A stretch of 64,000 nt of DNA from Podarcis pityusensis. Its lineage: Eukaryota. The stretch is from NCBI GenBank assembly GCA_964106645.2, contig OZ067040.1. The stretch is one strand, 5' to 3'. The position numbers and the translations under genes were made by a program. The notes under the pieces were generated by a model. It worked only from the letters and a program-made list of their open reading frames with translations. It did no database searches and was not told the DNA's origin. Of the stretch, positions 35,239 through 47,840 are shown piece after piece. Numbering within the stretch: the stretch's first letter is position 1; each line of letters opens with the position of its first letter.

Positions 35239-36636
35239 TTCACAAAGTGCACTATCTGTGAGACACAGGCAGACTCCCATAATATAGCTTGTAAGGGTTA
35301 TCAATTTCTGTGACCTTACAGCAGTCATGGGAGATCCATTTGTTGTAGCCTTTTAAATGTGTTGAATAATGAAAAACACAGAATGCTTTGTATATTTAAT
35401 TGCACGTCCTGATATATTTTTATAATACCATGTTTAAATATTCTCAAATAATTAGAATATATATATATGTATTAATCACTAATAGGGACATCAGAATATG
35501 AAAGCAAACTTGATGCAGATTTACTAATGTATATTGCCTCTGTGCATTTGTCCTTCAATCTTGTATGCAATTTAGCAAATAAGATAAACTAGGGGGGGTG
35601 TATACTTATGATATTATGAGAAAAGTATTTGGTTTGCTTGCCTGTGGGCCTCAAAATTGGACCCAATCCAGATGAGGTGAAGCTACATTTACCTCCCCTT
35701 TATTTTAAATCAAGAACTAATTGCATACTAAAATCTATTTCACTGAACTCAGTGGAGGTTAGTTAACTTTGGTTGAATCATGACCATAGTAGGAACATGT
35801 GGCTACAGTATGAATGACACAAGGATATTTAAACTATGCTGCTGAAAGTCTAAAGCAGGGGTGGCCAGCTTGTGGCCCTCTCCAGATGTTGTTGGACTAC
35901 AAGTCCCATTGTCCCTGGCCTCAGTCGGACAGCACTCTCTCCAACTTGCAATTCTCAGCAACTGGTTCAGAGGCTTACTGCCTTTGTCAGTGGAGGTAAA
36001 GCATGCCCACTGTGGCTAGTAGCCTTGTCTTCCATATAATTCTTCCATGAATTAGTCAAATCCTCTTCTAAAGCTATTCAAGATGGTGGCCAACCACCTG
36101 TGGGGGGAATTCCATAGACTATGAGCTGTGTAAAAAAGTACTTTCTTTAATCTGTCCTGAATCTTCCAATATAAGGCTTCATTGGGTTCCCAAGTTCTAG
36201 TGTTATGTGAGAGGAAGACAAGTGTTTTTCTTCCCACTTTCTCCACATCCTGCATAATTTTATATACCTCTTTCATTTCTCCTTTCTTGCCTTTTCTCTA
36301 AAAGAAAAAGCCCCAACTGCAGTAACCTTCCCACTTAGGAGAGTCGATTCATCGCCTCAGTCATTTTGATTGCCACTTTCCGAGACTTTCCCAGTTCTTT
36401 GATACAGTTTTTGAGGTGAGGTGACCAGAACTGTACACAGTATTCAAAGATTTGCTTAATGGCATTGTGATAGTCACAGCTGCATTTTCAACCCCTTTCC
36501 TGATGATCTCTAACCTGGAATTTGACAGCTATTGTACACTAGGTCAACACCTTCATTGATCTATCCACTACAGTACCAAGTCTCATTCCTTATTGGTCAC
36601 TGTCAGTTGACCCCATGAGCATATATGTGAAATTTA

Positions 36637-36997
36637 GGTAAAGGTAAAGGGACCCCTGACAATTAAGTCCAGTCACGAACGACTCTAAGGTTGCTGCACT
36701 CACCTCGCTTTGCAGGACGAGGGAGCCGGCATTTGTCCGCTTCCGCAGACAGTTTTTCCAGGTCATGTGGCCAGCATGACTAAGCCGCTTCTGGTGAAAC
36801 CAGAGCAGCGCACGGAAAAGCCGTTTACCTTCCCGCCGGAGCGGTACCTATTTATCTACTTGCACTGTGTGCTTTTGAACTGCTAAGTTGGCAGGAGCAG
36901 GGACTGAGCAACGGGAGCTCACCCCGTTGCAGGGATTCAAACCGCTGACCTTTTGATCGGCAAGCCCAAGCGGCACAGTGGTTTCACCTACATCGCC
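36637..36997 (-). mobile_element. Sauria SINE nested in a CR1 LINE
   Basis: GGTAAAGGTAAAGGGACCCCTGAC tail and a body like the 1525 copy. The 5' end is degenerate. Confidence 0.88.
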
Positions 36998-37546
36998 ATT
37001 TTCAAAACTCAATGTACATCATTTTGAACTGCTTACATTGAATTGCATTTGCCATTTCCTTTCCCGTTCACTCAGTTTGGAGGGATCCTTTTGCAGTTCC
37101 TCACAATCTATTTTTGTTTTAACCACCCTGAAAAAATGTATATCATCAGTAGATGTGGCTATCTCACTGCACACCCCTAGTTCTAGTTTATTTATGAACA
37201 AGTTAAAGAGTATAGATCACAATACCAACTGTTGGGGGACTCCACTTTCCACATTAATCCCTTGGGAGAACCGACCATTTATTCCTCCTCTCTGCTTCCT
37301 CTTACTTAACCAGTTCCTGATCTACAAAAGGGCCTCTTTTCTAAATGCATGACTACTAAGCATCTTTGGGAGTCTTTGCTAAGGTAGTTTGTCAAAAGCT
37401 TTTTGAAAGCTCAAGTACATAATGTCAACTGGATCACCTCTATATGCTTGTTTACACACTTAAAGAACTTACCCTTGCAGAGGCCATCCTAGTTCTGCTT
37501 CTATATGCTCAGTGAGACACTAGTTTTCCTGGAACAGATGCTAAGC

Positions 37547-37790
37547 CAGGGGTCAGGAAGGTTTATCTTTCCTGGGCCGGATCGGTCCCACGGAGATCCC
37601 TCCATGGGCCGGATCGCCTGTGCGTCTGTGATTTTCAGCATCTGCGTAGATGTGATTTTCGGCGTCACGGAAGTGAGTCCCCACACTGCGCTACGCTGGT
37701 TTAGCACAGGGCACGAGCAGGCAGCTCAGTTGGGGCGCAGCTCGTGGGCCGGTCAAACTACCTCCACGGGCCTTAGATTGCTGACCCCTG
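37547..37790. mobile_element. hAT MITE nested in CR1
   Basis: TIRs CAGGGGTCAG / CTGACCCCTG and a perfect 8-bp TSD TGCTAAGC at 37539-37546 and 37791-37798. Confidence 0.92.
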
Positions 37791-39044
37791 TGCTAAGCTA
37801 ACCAGCCTAAAATTTCCAGGATCCCCTGTGATCCCTTTTTAAAAAATGGTGTTACATTGACCAGTTTCCAGGTTGGTTAGCTTAGGGGCAATTTACATAT
37901 TTTTGTTAGAAGATCAGCAATTTCACATGCTATCCATTCCAGACCCAGTGATTTGTCGTTTTCTATTTTGTCAGTAAGGCCTAACACTTGTTCTCTCTTC
38001 ACCACTATTTGCCTCAATTCCTCAGACTCCTTTCCTGTGAAAGTTAGTGCAGGCAGAGGGATCTGTCCTATATCTTCCACTGTAAAAACAGATGCCAGTG
38101 ATTCATTCAACTTCTCTGTAATTTGTTTATGCTCCTCCTTTGATTATCTTGTTATCCAAAGCACCAACTGCCTCTCTAGCCAGTCTTCTTTTACTGATAT
38201 TTAAGGAATTGTTTGTTGCTGGCTTTTATATTTTTAACAAATCCTTCTTTTGCATCTCTTATTATCTGCCTGCACGTCTTTAGCCAAAGTTTGTGTTCCT
38301 TTTTGTTCGCCTCATTTGGATAAGATGTCAATCCTTGCCTACAATTGCTTCTTTGACTCCTAGACTGGCCTAGAAGTATATATTCTCCATGTGTTTGTTT
38401 ATATCAACTTTTATTAGAAGTCACATTCTGAGAACCTTGCAAGGTGGAGCCTGTGAATGATTCTAGCCTGTGAGAATAGATTTTAAACATAGATAATATT
38501 TTATCAACAATTACGAATGGTGGGTATGACTAACATGTAATATCCTGGGGGGAACAGATGCGGTTTAGGATAGCTTCCTAAAATGTAATTTGTGCATTTT
38601 AATGACACAGGATGTTTCTGAACAGGGATGGGCCTGCTGGCAGCAAAATGCTGTCAGTGTGACACATCTAGCCCCTGAAATTATTTTGGCTAGCTCCTGA
38701 GAGCCTGTGGATTCTGTGCTGTGGTTCTGGACAACACACTGCAGTTTCCTTATTGGGGGATCCACTTGTCTTTCTGCAACAACATCAACCTTCCCAAGGC
38801 CAGTCCCTCCCTCTCGGTGACTCTCAGGCTCTTAAAATGGGGGAGGGAGAATCAGACTTCTGCAGTCTACAAACAGTCCCTGAGCACCTTTAGCTCCTGC
38901 CCCATGATTTAAGATGTTAAGTATCACTTCTGTAAAACAAAAATATAGGTGTATTATTTGTGTGTGTCTGTATTTGTATACACATATACATTTAGGTGTC
39001 TTTACTTGCAAGTTGTCCCAGGTTTGACTTTTTTGTATGGTGGT

Positions 39045-39192
39045 TTAGGCTATCCAATCTCTCTGAGCTTTAGCCTCATCTGCAAATGAGGATATGATAT
39101 TGACATACTTTGCAGGTTGTTGTAAGGATTGCAAGATAATGTATGTGATGGTCTTTCAACTGTTTAAACCATTGTGTAAATTTTATTATCAT
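39045..39192 (+). mobile_element. MIR-like SINE core
   Basis: ctctgagctttagcctcatctgcaaatgagg...caggttgttgtaaggatt...gataatgtatgtga. Confidence 0.65.
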
Positions 39193-39235
39193 TGAAGCAT
39201 TTTACTTTGGCATTGTTTCGGGTATGTATTTATAA

Positions 39236-39288
<53 letters not shown>
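39236..39288. repeat. Compound (TG)n(AG)n microsatellite
   Basis: Seen directly. Confidence 0.95.
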
Positions 39289-39291
<3 letters not shown>

Positions 39292-41719
39292 CATAGGATG
39301 AAAACAGAAATATCCCATGGAATTGCAATTAGGTTGTGCTGCTTATTGTCCCACCACAGTGGTTCAAAACAAGAGAATTAACTAAGCATGTGCTTAAAGC
39401 CTGAGTGTATCAGGGGTGACATTTTGCTGTTTTGATTCCACTGTTAGTTCAAAAAAACAAAAGAAAACCGAAGACATAGTAGGCTTCCATATGATAGCTT
39501 CAGAAATAGCTGGCATGATATGAGGAATGAAGGAACAAGTGAACCAAAATTTCACTTGAGGAAGAGATAACTGGTATTGGTCATTTATGTATAACACTGC
39601 TATATGTGACGTGAAATGCCTAACAAATCCCTGAAGATGACCTTGTTGTTTTATTAATAGAGAACTAAGTTTGAGACATTGGGATGCCCAAGATCCATCA
39701 CAAGTGGGATTTGAACTTTACCTGCTGCTGGTCTAGGAGCATGAAATGTGTAGCTCCTGTGGCCAAATCTATGTCCACCTGCTCTGAACACATGGTTCAT
39801 AGCACAGGGATGAAACAGGCGTAAAGAGAACTGTGGTCAGGCTACACTGAGCTGATGCAAGTCTGCCTCACTGAGGTATCAACTGAGCCCTAGGATTGGG
39901 ACAAAGCAAAGTCCAGAGGCTCTGTTAAACATGCCAGTGCTTCTCTTCTATCTGGAAACTTTTGTGATGGTTCCCCTGCAGCAGCTGGGGACAACTTAGG
40001 CGCTTGCTGTCTGGATCTTAGCCATGCCTGGGTGCTGCTAGGGCTCAGCAGTTGTCTGCACTGGTGTAGAGGGGGAAAGGACATGTCAGGTCAGCAGCAC
40101 ACAGTGCACTAGGTTTGTGGATCGCTCCTGAGGTCTCTATCCACCAGATGATTCTGAGCTGCTTTGACTGCTCCTAAGTGTGATTGAAATAACTAGACAC
40201 AGTGAAAAGTCTTATATGTAAGATTAGGGACTGTGGAAATAATATACACACAAATAGCTATTCTGTAAGTTTATTTTTCCCCCCTTAAACTTGTTTGCTA
40301 CTAGGGGAGAGCTAACCTATCATTTATGGTTTGCTTTCTCTTTATTCAATTGGTTCATAAGTCGTTCAACTCTAAGGAAATGTCTTCTTTTTTTAGATCT
40401 TTCAAAACTTGTTAACACACATTTTTGTATTAATGATGAGTCATTGTAAATCATCGTTGCAGAGATTAAATGAAATGCTGAAGGGCAGCCTGGGTGTAGA
40501 TCAGTCATGAATTACTGGCAGCAACACAACATGTGGGAATATGTGAAATGTGTATGAAAAACCCAAACTCATGTCTTGGTAGCATGATACTGGAAATAAA
40601 CTAGGAATACCAGATTTTATGGTGCTTCTGCAAAAAAGAGAGTTTTTCATAATGCTTCTTGAAAACGTTTACATGATTTCTTGTATCATATTTTGGATGT
40701 TTCTAAGTTTAATATTGCTTATGTACTTAAATTTTTGGAGAAAATCCTTGTTTTATTTAGTGGACATGAGAATTTGCATTGGTTTTACTCAAGATTGCCT
40801 AAACCAAGATCATCCTGATCATTTTAAAAAGCAGCATACTTTAATTTAAGATTATAAGCAGCATACTATAATTTAAGATTATAGCTAGAGATTAGAAAAT
40901 CGCCTTTCTGTGTACAAGAAGATAAAACCTCTAAGCAGTAAAACCTGAAAATAATAACATGAAATCAATAAAATCATACAATACGAAACCGTAGTGGTTT
41001 TGAGCCACAAAGCATTTGCCCCTGGAATTTGAGCTTCTTCTGAAATTTATGTTAGTGAGCACTATGGGGAGGTGGTAGAAATGGGACACTCATAGGCCTA
41101 GCATGGATAGCCTTTGATTCTTTATCAATAATCCAAATGGATATTTCATATATTTGGTATTAAATCCATCAAGACCACGCTGATGACAATTTAGTTCCTC
41201 ACAAACCTTTTACATCCTAACTAATATCTCATTTGCTCATAACCTGCTTTTATTCTTAACAATCTGCTTTCTGCATGCTGGCACAGTGGCTTGGTCCATA
41301 GGAGCCAGCTGCTAGGGGCTGAGGGGTCTTTGTCACCCCCAATAAAATATTTGAGGGGAACACCACCCCCACCCCAAGTTGATGGGCATTGCCATTCAGA
41401 TGGTGTGCATGCACTGCATCATGTGATTGATTATGTGGGGTGGGGCTTACCTGCCTTCCCCCCATTTTATTCAAGTTGGCAACCTTGGCTTGTTCCCAGG
41501 ATCTAAGGAACCTGCCCTGGGGAACCTTGTCGCAAAAAACAACAACCTGTGGAGGACTTTTAATGTGGAAGATGTGCCACACCAGTGGTCAGCCTGCTGT
41601 CTTGCACATCTTGTCCATTTTCTCAGATAATTCTAGCCACTGCAAAAAGCAGGTGCCATGGATTCCTTCAGCCTGGATTTTGTCACAACACTTGAGTTGG
41701 CTATAATTATCATGTAGCT

Positions 41720-41904
41720 CGGGGTAGTCAACCTTTTTATACCTACCGCCCACTAATGCATCTTTCTTGATGGTAAAATTTCCTTACTGCCCACCAGTGC
41801 TCGATGGAAGGAGGATTCAGCTTGTGCCGTAGAACCCCCTACCGCCCGCCTAGAATCCTGAAACGCCCACTAGTGGGCAGTAGGGACCAGGTTGACAATC
41901 CCTG
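41720..41904. mobile_element. hAT MITE
   Basis: TIRs CGGGGTAGTCAACC / GGTTGACAATCCCTG and 8-bp TSD ATGTAGCT / ATGTAACT. Confidence 0.85.
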
Positions 41905-42059
41905 ATGTAACTTGACTTCAGTGTGCCAGAGGTGAACTGCATCCAGAGAAATCTGGCATTGTGCACCTTTTCATTTTACTTTGCTAAATTTAAGCCTGAT
42001 CTTCAGTTCTTCCAAGGCTGGCTGATGCTGTGGTACTTCTGCAATTGTTCTTCCTAATG

Positions 42060-42392
42060 CAAGGGAGGGAGATCTTTTTCAACCAGTGAGACACATTCCC
42101 TTGTGAGAAACCTTCCAGGGGCCACATTCCACTGGTGGGTGGGGTATATGCAAAAGTTGGTAGAGCAATGCACATGACTCTTAAATTTGTAAAGTAGGTT
42201 ACATTCCAGCTGTGTGAAAGTCAGATTTCTGTACACACGCAGACACTTTCAAGCAAGCAAGAGGAATCAAGGACACATCCAGCCAAGCAAAAGCACTCAA
42301 TGAGGGTGTGGCTTGAGGAGAGTGTAGGCTGGAAAGATTTCCAAGGGCCAAATAGAGGCCTGCATTTGGCCCCTGGATCTGAGGTTTCCTGC
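42060..42392. mobile_element. Old hAT-like element (same family as 15023-15369)
   Basis: Colinear similarity with the 15023 copy. Confidence 0.55.
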
Positions 42393-44571
42393 TGTTACCA
42401 TGGGAAAGTACTGAAAGGAGATTGCAGTCACTATGCACAGCCACGATCTGAGGGCTAAATGACAATTCAGGTTAAATTTTTAGTACCAGGCAGGTTGGTT
42501 AAATATGCATCTGACTTTCTTAGATCACTCTGCTGTTGCTTATGTTACAGTTAAGCGGACATGCTGAGTTGTGAATCCGTGTGATAACATGAATACTTTT
42601 ATGAGCAATCAAAGTTACAATAAACACAAGTACTTGGCTATAAATGTTAAAACCTTCCCAAATTATACTCTCCGACTTGAGCAATCTAAAATCAATCAGG
42701 GATCGTCATGTTTCAAGGGTTGGTCTGCTTTTTCCCCATGCTCAGGCATGATTTAATAATGCCCTTACAGATGTTGTTTAAACATTTAGCTATGGGTTGT
42801 TTTCCCAATATAGTAAAAAAAGACGGGGGGAAGAACTGGGGGTGGGGAAGCAAGAAAGGCAGATGGAGAAAATAATGCATGATAATATAAAAGGCAGTAT
42901 AATGCCACATAATATTTGCTCTGCGAAACAAAATCCAAAACTAAAAAGCTACCATGCAAGCGGGTAGCTTTTCAAAAATATATCACTTTATCTCATTTAT
43001 CTAGGTATCTGCTTATCTACCAGTTGGTACCTGTTTGGATTGGACTTGACTTGATTTGATGTATGTGGTGCTGTTTTTTAAAAAACTCTGTGTGTGTGCG
43101 TGTGCATACATACAGTTGTTCTACCTGTTTTATGTATGTTACTGTTTAATATATGTTTGTATTACATTGTAAAGCACTTCAGGATGCCTCATAGGAAGCG
43201 ATTCATAAATGAAATAAAAAAATTCTATGAAGGTAGTTCACAGGCTCCTTGAAAGTAAATCATTGTGGTATTTTAAAGTATCTGGCATGATGCAACCCAA
43301 ATTCAGACCCTTATTTGATTCACTGAGAGAATTAATCACATGCCTGAAATTAGTAAGGTTTACAAAAACCTAAATTTTGGCTGGATTGTGCCCATTCAAA
43401 ATATGTGTGTAAAATAAGGTCCTCTAAATGCACATGGTACAGTGGCTGCAAACAGATTTCCATATTTATGTATTCAGTAAGTCTTAGCTAATTTTTATGC
43501 CTCCTACCTTAACTGTCATGCTCATTTTGCATCTGTGGTCTGTTTCTCTGTTCTTGACTGGAAGCAGGCAGAAGAACTTGGTAGCTAAAAACTGTGGGGT
43601 AAATGCCAAAAGAAATCATTGAAACCAGTCAAAAGTATTTTGCTAGAATTATTATTTAAATAGTCCCAGAGAGCTAACAGCAAGCTGGGCAAATAGTTTG
43701 AAGGATGAAGTGTTAGTCTGAAAGCCAATATGTATTGCGATATAAGTTGTGAAAGCTGTTTTGTGCTTAACTATTTCCCCCCATAGCTATTGTTCCTTAG
43801 TAGGAAAAAGCATGCATGCTGTTGCTCTGTAAGGAAAAGTGAACACCCACTAGTCCATTTAGTCATGTGGATAATAAGTGTTTAGAAACTATCATTCCAT
43901 TCTACATTCTACATACACAAGAACAGTCCTTTTCTGCAGTGGCTCCCCATTTGTGGAACGCTCTCCACAGGAAGCCTTACCTGGCCTTTATTATACACCA
44001 TTAGGAACTAGGTGGAAAGGTTCCTCTTCCACCAGGTCTTTGGCTGAAGGAAGATTTATTGACAGCTATTTTGTGGTGGTGCCCACAACAGTTTCTCAGA
44101 TTTCCAAGCGTGCCCTTGGTCCAAAAAAGGATGGAGACCCCTGGTAGACATAGGTTAAACCCAAGATTAAAATTGAGAAGACAGTAAATTAATAAGACTT
44201 TTAGCTGCCACTGCATTATTTAATATGTCTGTTTATAGGTTACGCATATGACCCTACCCAAACTAAGCAATTTAGAGCAGTAAATTGCTATTATTTTGGT
44301 TTCTGATCTAGAACAAAAAAGATAGTTTAGCTTAGTAGGGAAGCAGTTGATTTGACAGACACTCTCTAGCAAATGTGATGTAAAATATAAAGATATATAT
44401 AAAAACTAGATCTGCAGACTGAAAACTAACACTTTTATGGCCTCAACACAGAGGATAATATATGAAGCTCTTCTATAAAGATAAATAAATATAAATATGT
44501 TAATCTTTCTCGTACATCTAATGCTCATTGTATGGCAAATGAAAACTCTGTCTATCCCCCAGTGTTCTAAA

Positions 44572-44769
44572 ACCAGGCAGAGGGCCTTCTCAGTGGTGGA
44601 ATGCCCTCCCATCAGATGTCAAGGAAATAAACAACTTTCTGACTTTTAGAAGACATCTGAAGGCAGCCCTGTTTAGGGAAGTTTTTAATTTTTGAAATTT
44701 TATTCTGTTTAATATTCTGTTGGAAGCTGCCCAGAGTGGCTGGGAAAACCCAGCCAGATGAGTGGGGTA

Positions 44770-44785
<16 letters not shown>
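44572..44785 (+). mobile_element. L2-clade LINE 3' end with (AAAT)/(AAT)n tail
   Basis: agggccttctcagtggtggaatgccctccc...gacatctgaaggcagccctgtttagggaagtt...gctgcccagagtggctggg...ggggtataaataaat. Confidence 0.8.

Positions 44786-44847
<62 letters not shown>
44784..44847. repeat. (AAT)n-(ATT)n perfect palindrome
   Basis: An (AAT)n run switches directly to (ATT)n, centred at 44815/44816. Confidence 0.9.
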
Positions 44848-44850
<3 letters not shown>

Positions 44851-45268
44851 AAATTGTGGCCTTAATTCCCAAATGATTGTTTTAAAATCTAGCAGGTTGA
44901 CGGAAGCCAAAACTTTGTTGAACTAAAGCTGTAGTTAATTTCTGTGATTTGCTGTATTTCTAAGCAAGGAAGTAGCTTTAAGCAGTTAGTTCTAAGAAAT
45001 AATTCACTTTGACTCCTCTCTTTTTTTTTTTAAATCAGGGGGAATGCAAAACTCTGTAGTGTTGCTAGGAAAATATAAACTGCAGATGAGGATACTGGTT
45101 CACTAGTACTTGAAGGCTCTTTGAGGCTGCAGTCCCATGAAATTTACCTGGGATTAAATCCCACTGAACATAGTGGGATTTAATTCTGGATAGGCATAGG
45201 ATTGAACTGTGAGTTGAACATCAGTGTGCACCTTTATTCTTGGGCATAAGACAACAGTAAGGTTTAAG

Positions 45269-45494
45269 CAGTGGTGGAGCTTCATGCTCCAGCACCGCGG
45301 GGGGGGGCAGAGAGTAGGAGGGGGCGGGGCTAGTGCATGTCACGGGGGCGGGGCGCGTCGCCCACAGGGGCATGGCATGCCGCCTGCGGGGGCGTGGCGT
45401 CCAGCACGGGTGAGGGGCAGCCGCGATGGCACCCCACCGGATCGCGCTGCTGGGGGTGGTGTGCTCCCCCCGCACTCCTCTTCCTCCGCCAGTG
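45269..45494. mobile_element. GC/CpG-rich hAT (Tip100-like) MITE
   Basis: TIRs CAGTGGTGGAG / CTCCGCCAGTG and 8-bp TSD GGTTTAAG / GGTTTATG. Confidence 0.82.
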
Positions 45495-45680
45495 GGTTTA
45501 TGATCTCGGCTCCTGTGCTTTCCCCCTGTCTATAGAATGAATACCTGTGTTAGGCCAACATTTAGCTACTGGATCCTTTCTGAATTCTTTAATTCTGTTA
45601 CTGATGTACTTTATAAAAATGGGGGTCATGCTTCATTTATTGTTGTTGTTTTGACCATAATGGTCATAGCAATTGCAGGA

Positions 45681-45682
<2 letters not shown>

Positions 45683-45713
<31 letters not shown>
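45683..45713. repeat. (CA)n microsatellite
   Basis: Seen directly. Confidence 0.95.
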
Positions 45714-45716
<3 letters not shown>

Positions 45717-47182
45717 TTGAGAAACAGCTTAGACCAAAATATGTATTTATAATAAAATAGGTACTTTATAAGTAATTTGCATTTTTTAAAGATGGCAGGG
45801 ACAGAGTTGCCACAGTCCTATAAACTGCATTTTAAAGTTGTAAATAATAAAGGGTTTGAGGATTCATGACATAGTTATTGTTGAGGTTTTTCCATTTTTT
45901 ATTAGCAATAGGTAGCTAATTATTTTAACATATAAACCAAATACAGTTAGATGTACAAATCTGTTCTTACAGAAACACATTTATAAAGAAGGAGACATTA
46001 CCTTCCTCCTATCAGTAATCACATCTGCAGAATATACACATATATGCCAGCTGTGATACAGTATGTAAAAGCTTGCACATTAAAATTTGGAACCTAGACT
46101 TAATTTTTCCTTCAGCATTCTATCTCTTTTCATGATAGTAGCAGTGGTAAAGGTACCAGACAGTGGTAGGAATGTGAATAATATTCTATAGCTGATCTGC
46201 TTTCAAGTTTCATAGAGATAAAATTAAAACTCTCTTTTCAAACCTACTCTAATTCTTTGTCTCTCCCCCACCCCCAATGTTTTTACAGTGTCTTTATTCT
46301 GGTCTGTTAGGAGTACAGAACAGAATTCTTCCTTTCATTTCTTTTGTCTAAATCCAGAATATATAAAAATATTCATTATTGTAGTGCCATCCCTCTACTA
46401 CATTTGCAAAAAATCAAGGATAGAATCCTTCTAATTAAGCAATAACAAAAACCAGTCTTAAAAGGATGGCAGAGTATAATATTGCAGAGAAGCTGGTATC
46501 TGGAACAAGTCTTCCTGGCATATTTGTGCTTAGAGAGACCTGATCTCCACCTATTTTGTGCCAACAGTTATTGAGACTGCTGTGTAGTGATTAGCCATTG
46601 AGAATTGAAATGCCAGTGAACAGAGAACTGTTCCCTCAGAGACCCTCTCTCTCACTTACATCATAAACTTGCTTCAGGCTGAGCCTACATAAAAGAAACT
46701 GCATTTTGAGTGGTTAAAAAGTCAGCCTGAAATATTAAAAATGGGAAGATGTTGCCTCCTTGCTGGATAAAACAATTTTGTCTTCATAGAAACAAAACAG
46801 AGCTACAGGCATGTAGGAAGGAAGCACTTTTGAGGGTCCTCAACATGATCCAGTGTAAATAATGTATACTTTAAAAATTATAATGGAAGCGTGTAACAAT
46901 ATGATCCTTTAATATCAATTGTAATTGTTGCAACAATGTAGCCTGGTTAAACCATGGCTTAGTGCAGATGTAGGGGTTCTGGGAGAGGGGATCATAGCTT
47001 ATTTGCTGCTTCTCTGGTCCTGTTGCTGTGAGCTAAACCACGGTTTGACTTAGCATATCCCCCAAACCCAGGCTCATGGTTTGTCTCGGTCCAATCAAAC
47101 CACAAGCTAGAGCAAAGATTTGGAGGAGATAAACTATGAGCTTGGGTTCAGACAATATACTAAGTAAAACTATGGTTTAGTT

Positions 47183-47415
47183 CAGAGGTAGGCAACCTAA
47201 GGCCCATGGGCTGTTTCTGGCCCATGAGCTTCCTGGAAGCGGCCCATGGCCGTTCTGTGGATCGGTGTGGGAATTCTGTGCTTTTTTCCCCCACAGCGCC
47301 ATTTTTTTCCTCGCAGCAGGGACCGACTTCTTGGTCAGAAGAGCGCCGGAAATAGCATGTGCGCATGCGCACGAGTGCTCCTTCGACCCGGAAGAGCGCC
47401 GTAAATAGCTTGTGG
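47183..47415. mobile_element. hAT-like MITE, one end only, CpG-rich
   Basis: CAGAGGTAGGCAACCTAAGGCCC start and internal direct repeats (gaagagcgccg.aaatagc). No matching right end seen. Confidence 0.55.
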
Positions 47416-47419
47416 GTTT

Positions 47420-47840
47420 ACTACTTTTCTACTCCCAAAGATATCATGCAAGGCAGTAGAGATTTAGTATCAGAGTTTTCCTTCTCCTAGGCAGACTACT
47501 CTCCTAGGTTGACCAGCCCCATCTGCCCCTCTACAGCACATGCAGAAACCGCCTTCTTGGCTGTTGGATCCACTATTAGTCTTGTCCGTTCAATCTGCCA
47601 GAGCTTGTCTTCACATGCAGGGGAAGTCCCTAACTCACAGGGGGTTTAAGACCCATTGGCTATCCTCTCCTAGTTTAGCCAGCCAGCCAGCCATTTCCTG
47701 GGGTGTGGCCACTGTCGCATGCTGACAGCTTCTGGGAGCCACAGAGAGAGAGCTGAGTACAGGGTAGGGATAAAAAGTGGACATACTACCCCAGAAGGAG
47801 CATGATGTGTCCCTCACCAGAGGTGCAACCCCTCTTCTAA
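47420..47840 (-). mobile_element. Interspersed repeat resembling an RTE-clade 5' UTR or non-autonomous derivative
   Basis: The reverse complement contains CTAGGAGAAGGAAAACTCTGA, which I recall from RTE-type 5' UTRs. Family assignment is from memory and unverified. Confidence 0.4.

Larger units (their letters stand above)
35910..38350 (-). mobile_element. CR1 LINE ORF2 3' portion, degraded, with a nested SINE and a nested hAT MITE
   Basis: ORF-track fragments 36052-36276 (EVYKIMQDVEKVGRKTLVFLSHNTRT), 37019-37201 (FINKLELGVCSEIATSTDD, a decayed F/YADD region) and 37877-38110 are typical of CR1 RT. Confidence 0.88.

Noticed and set aside
44590-44910. ORF with poly-N/poly-Y runs
   Set aside because: It is a translation of the (AAT)/(ATT) microsatellite plus antisense L2 sequence.
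45221-45540. GC-rich ORFs or a CpG-island promoter of a nested gene
   Set aside because: The GC-rich part is exactly bounded by TIRs and an 8-bp TSD, so it is a MITE.
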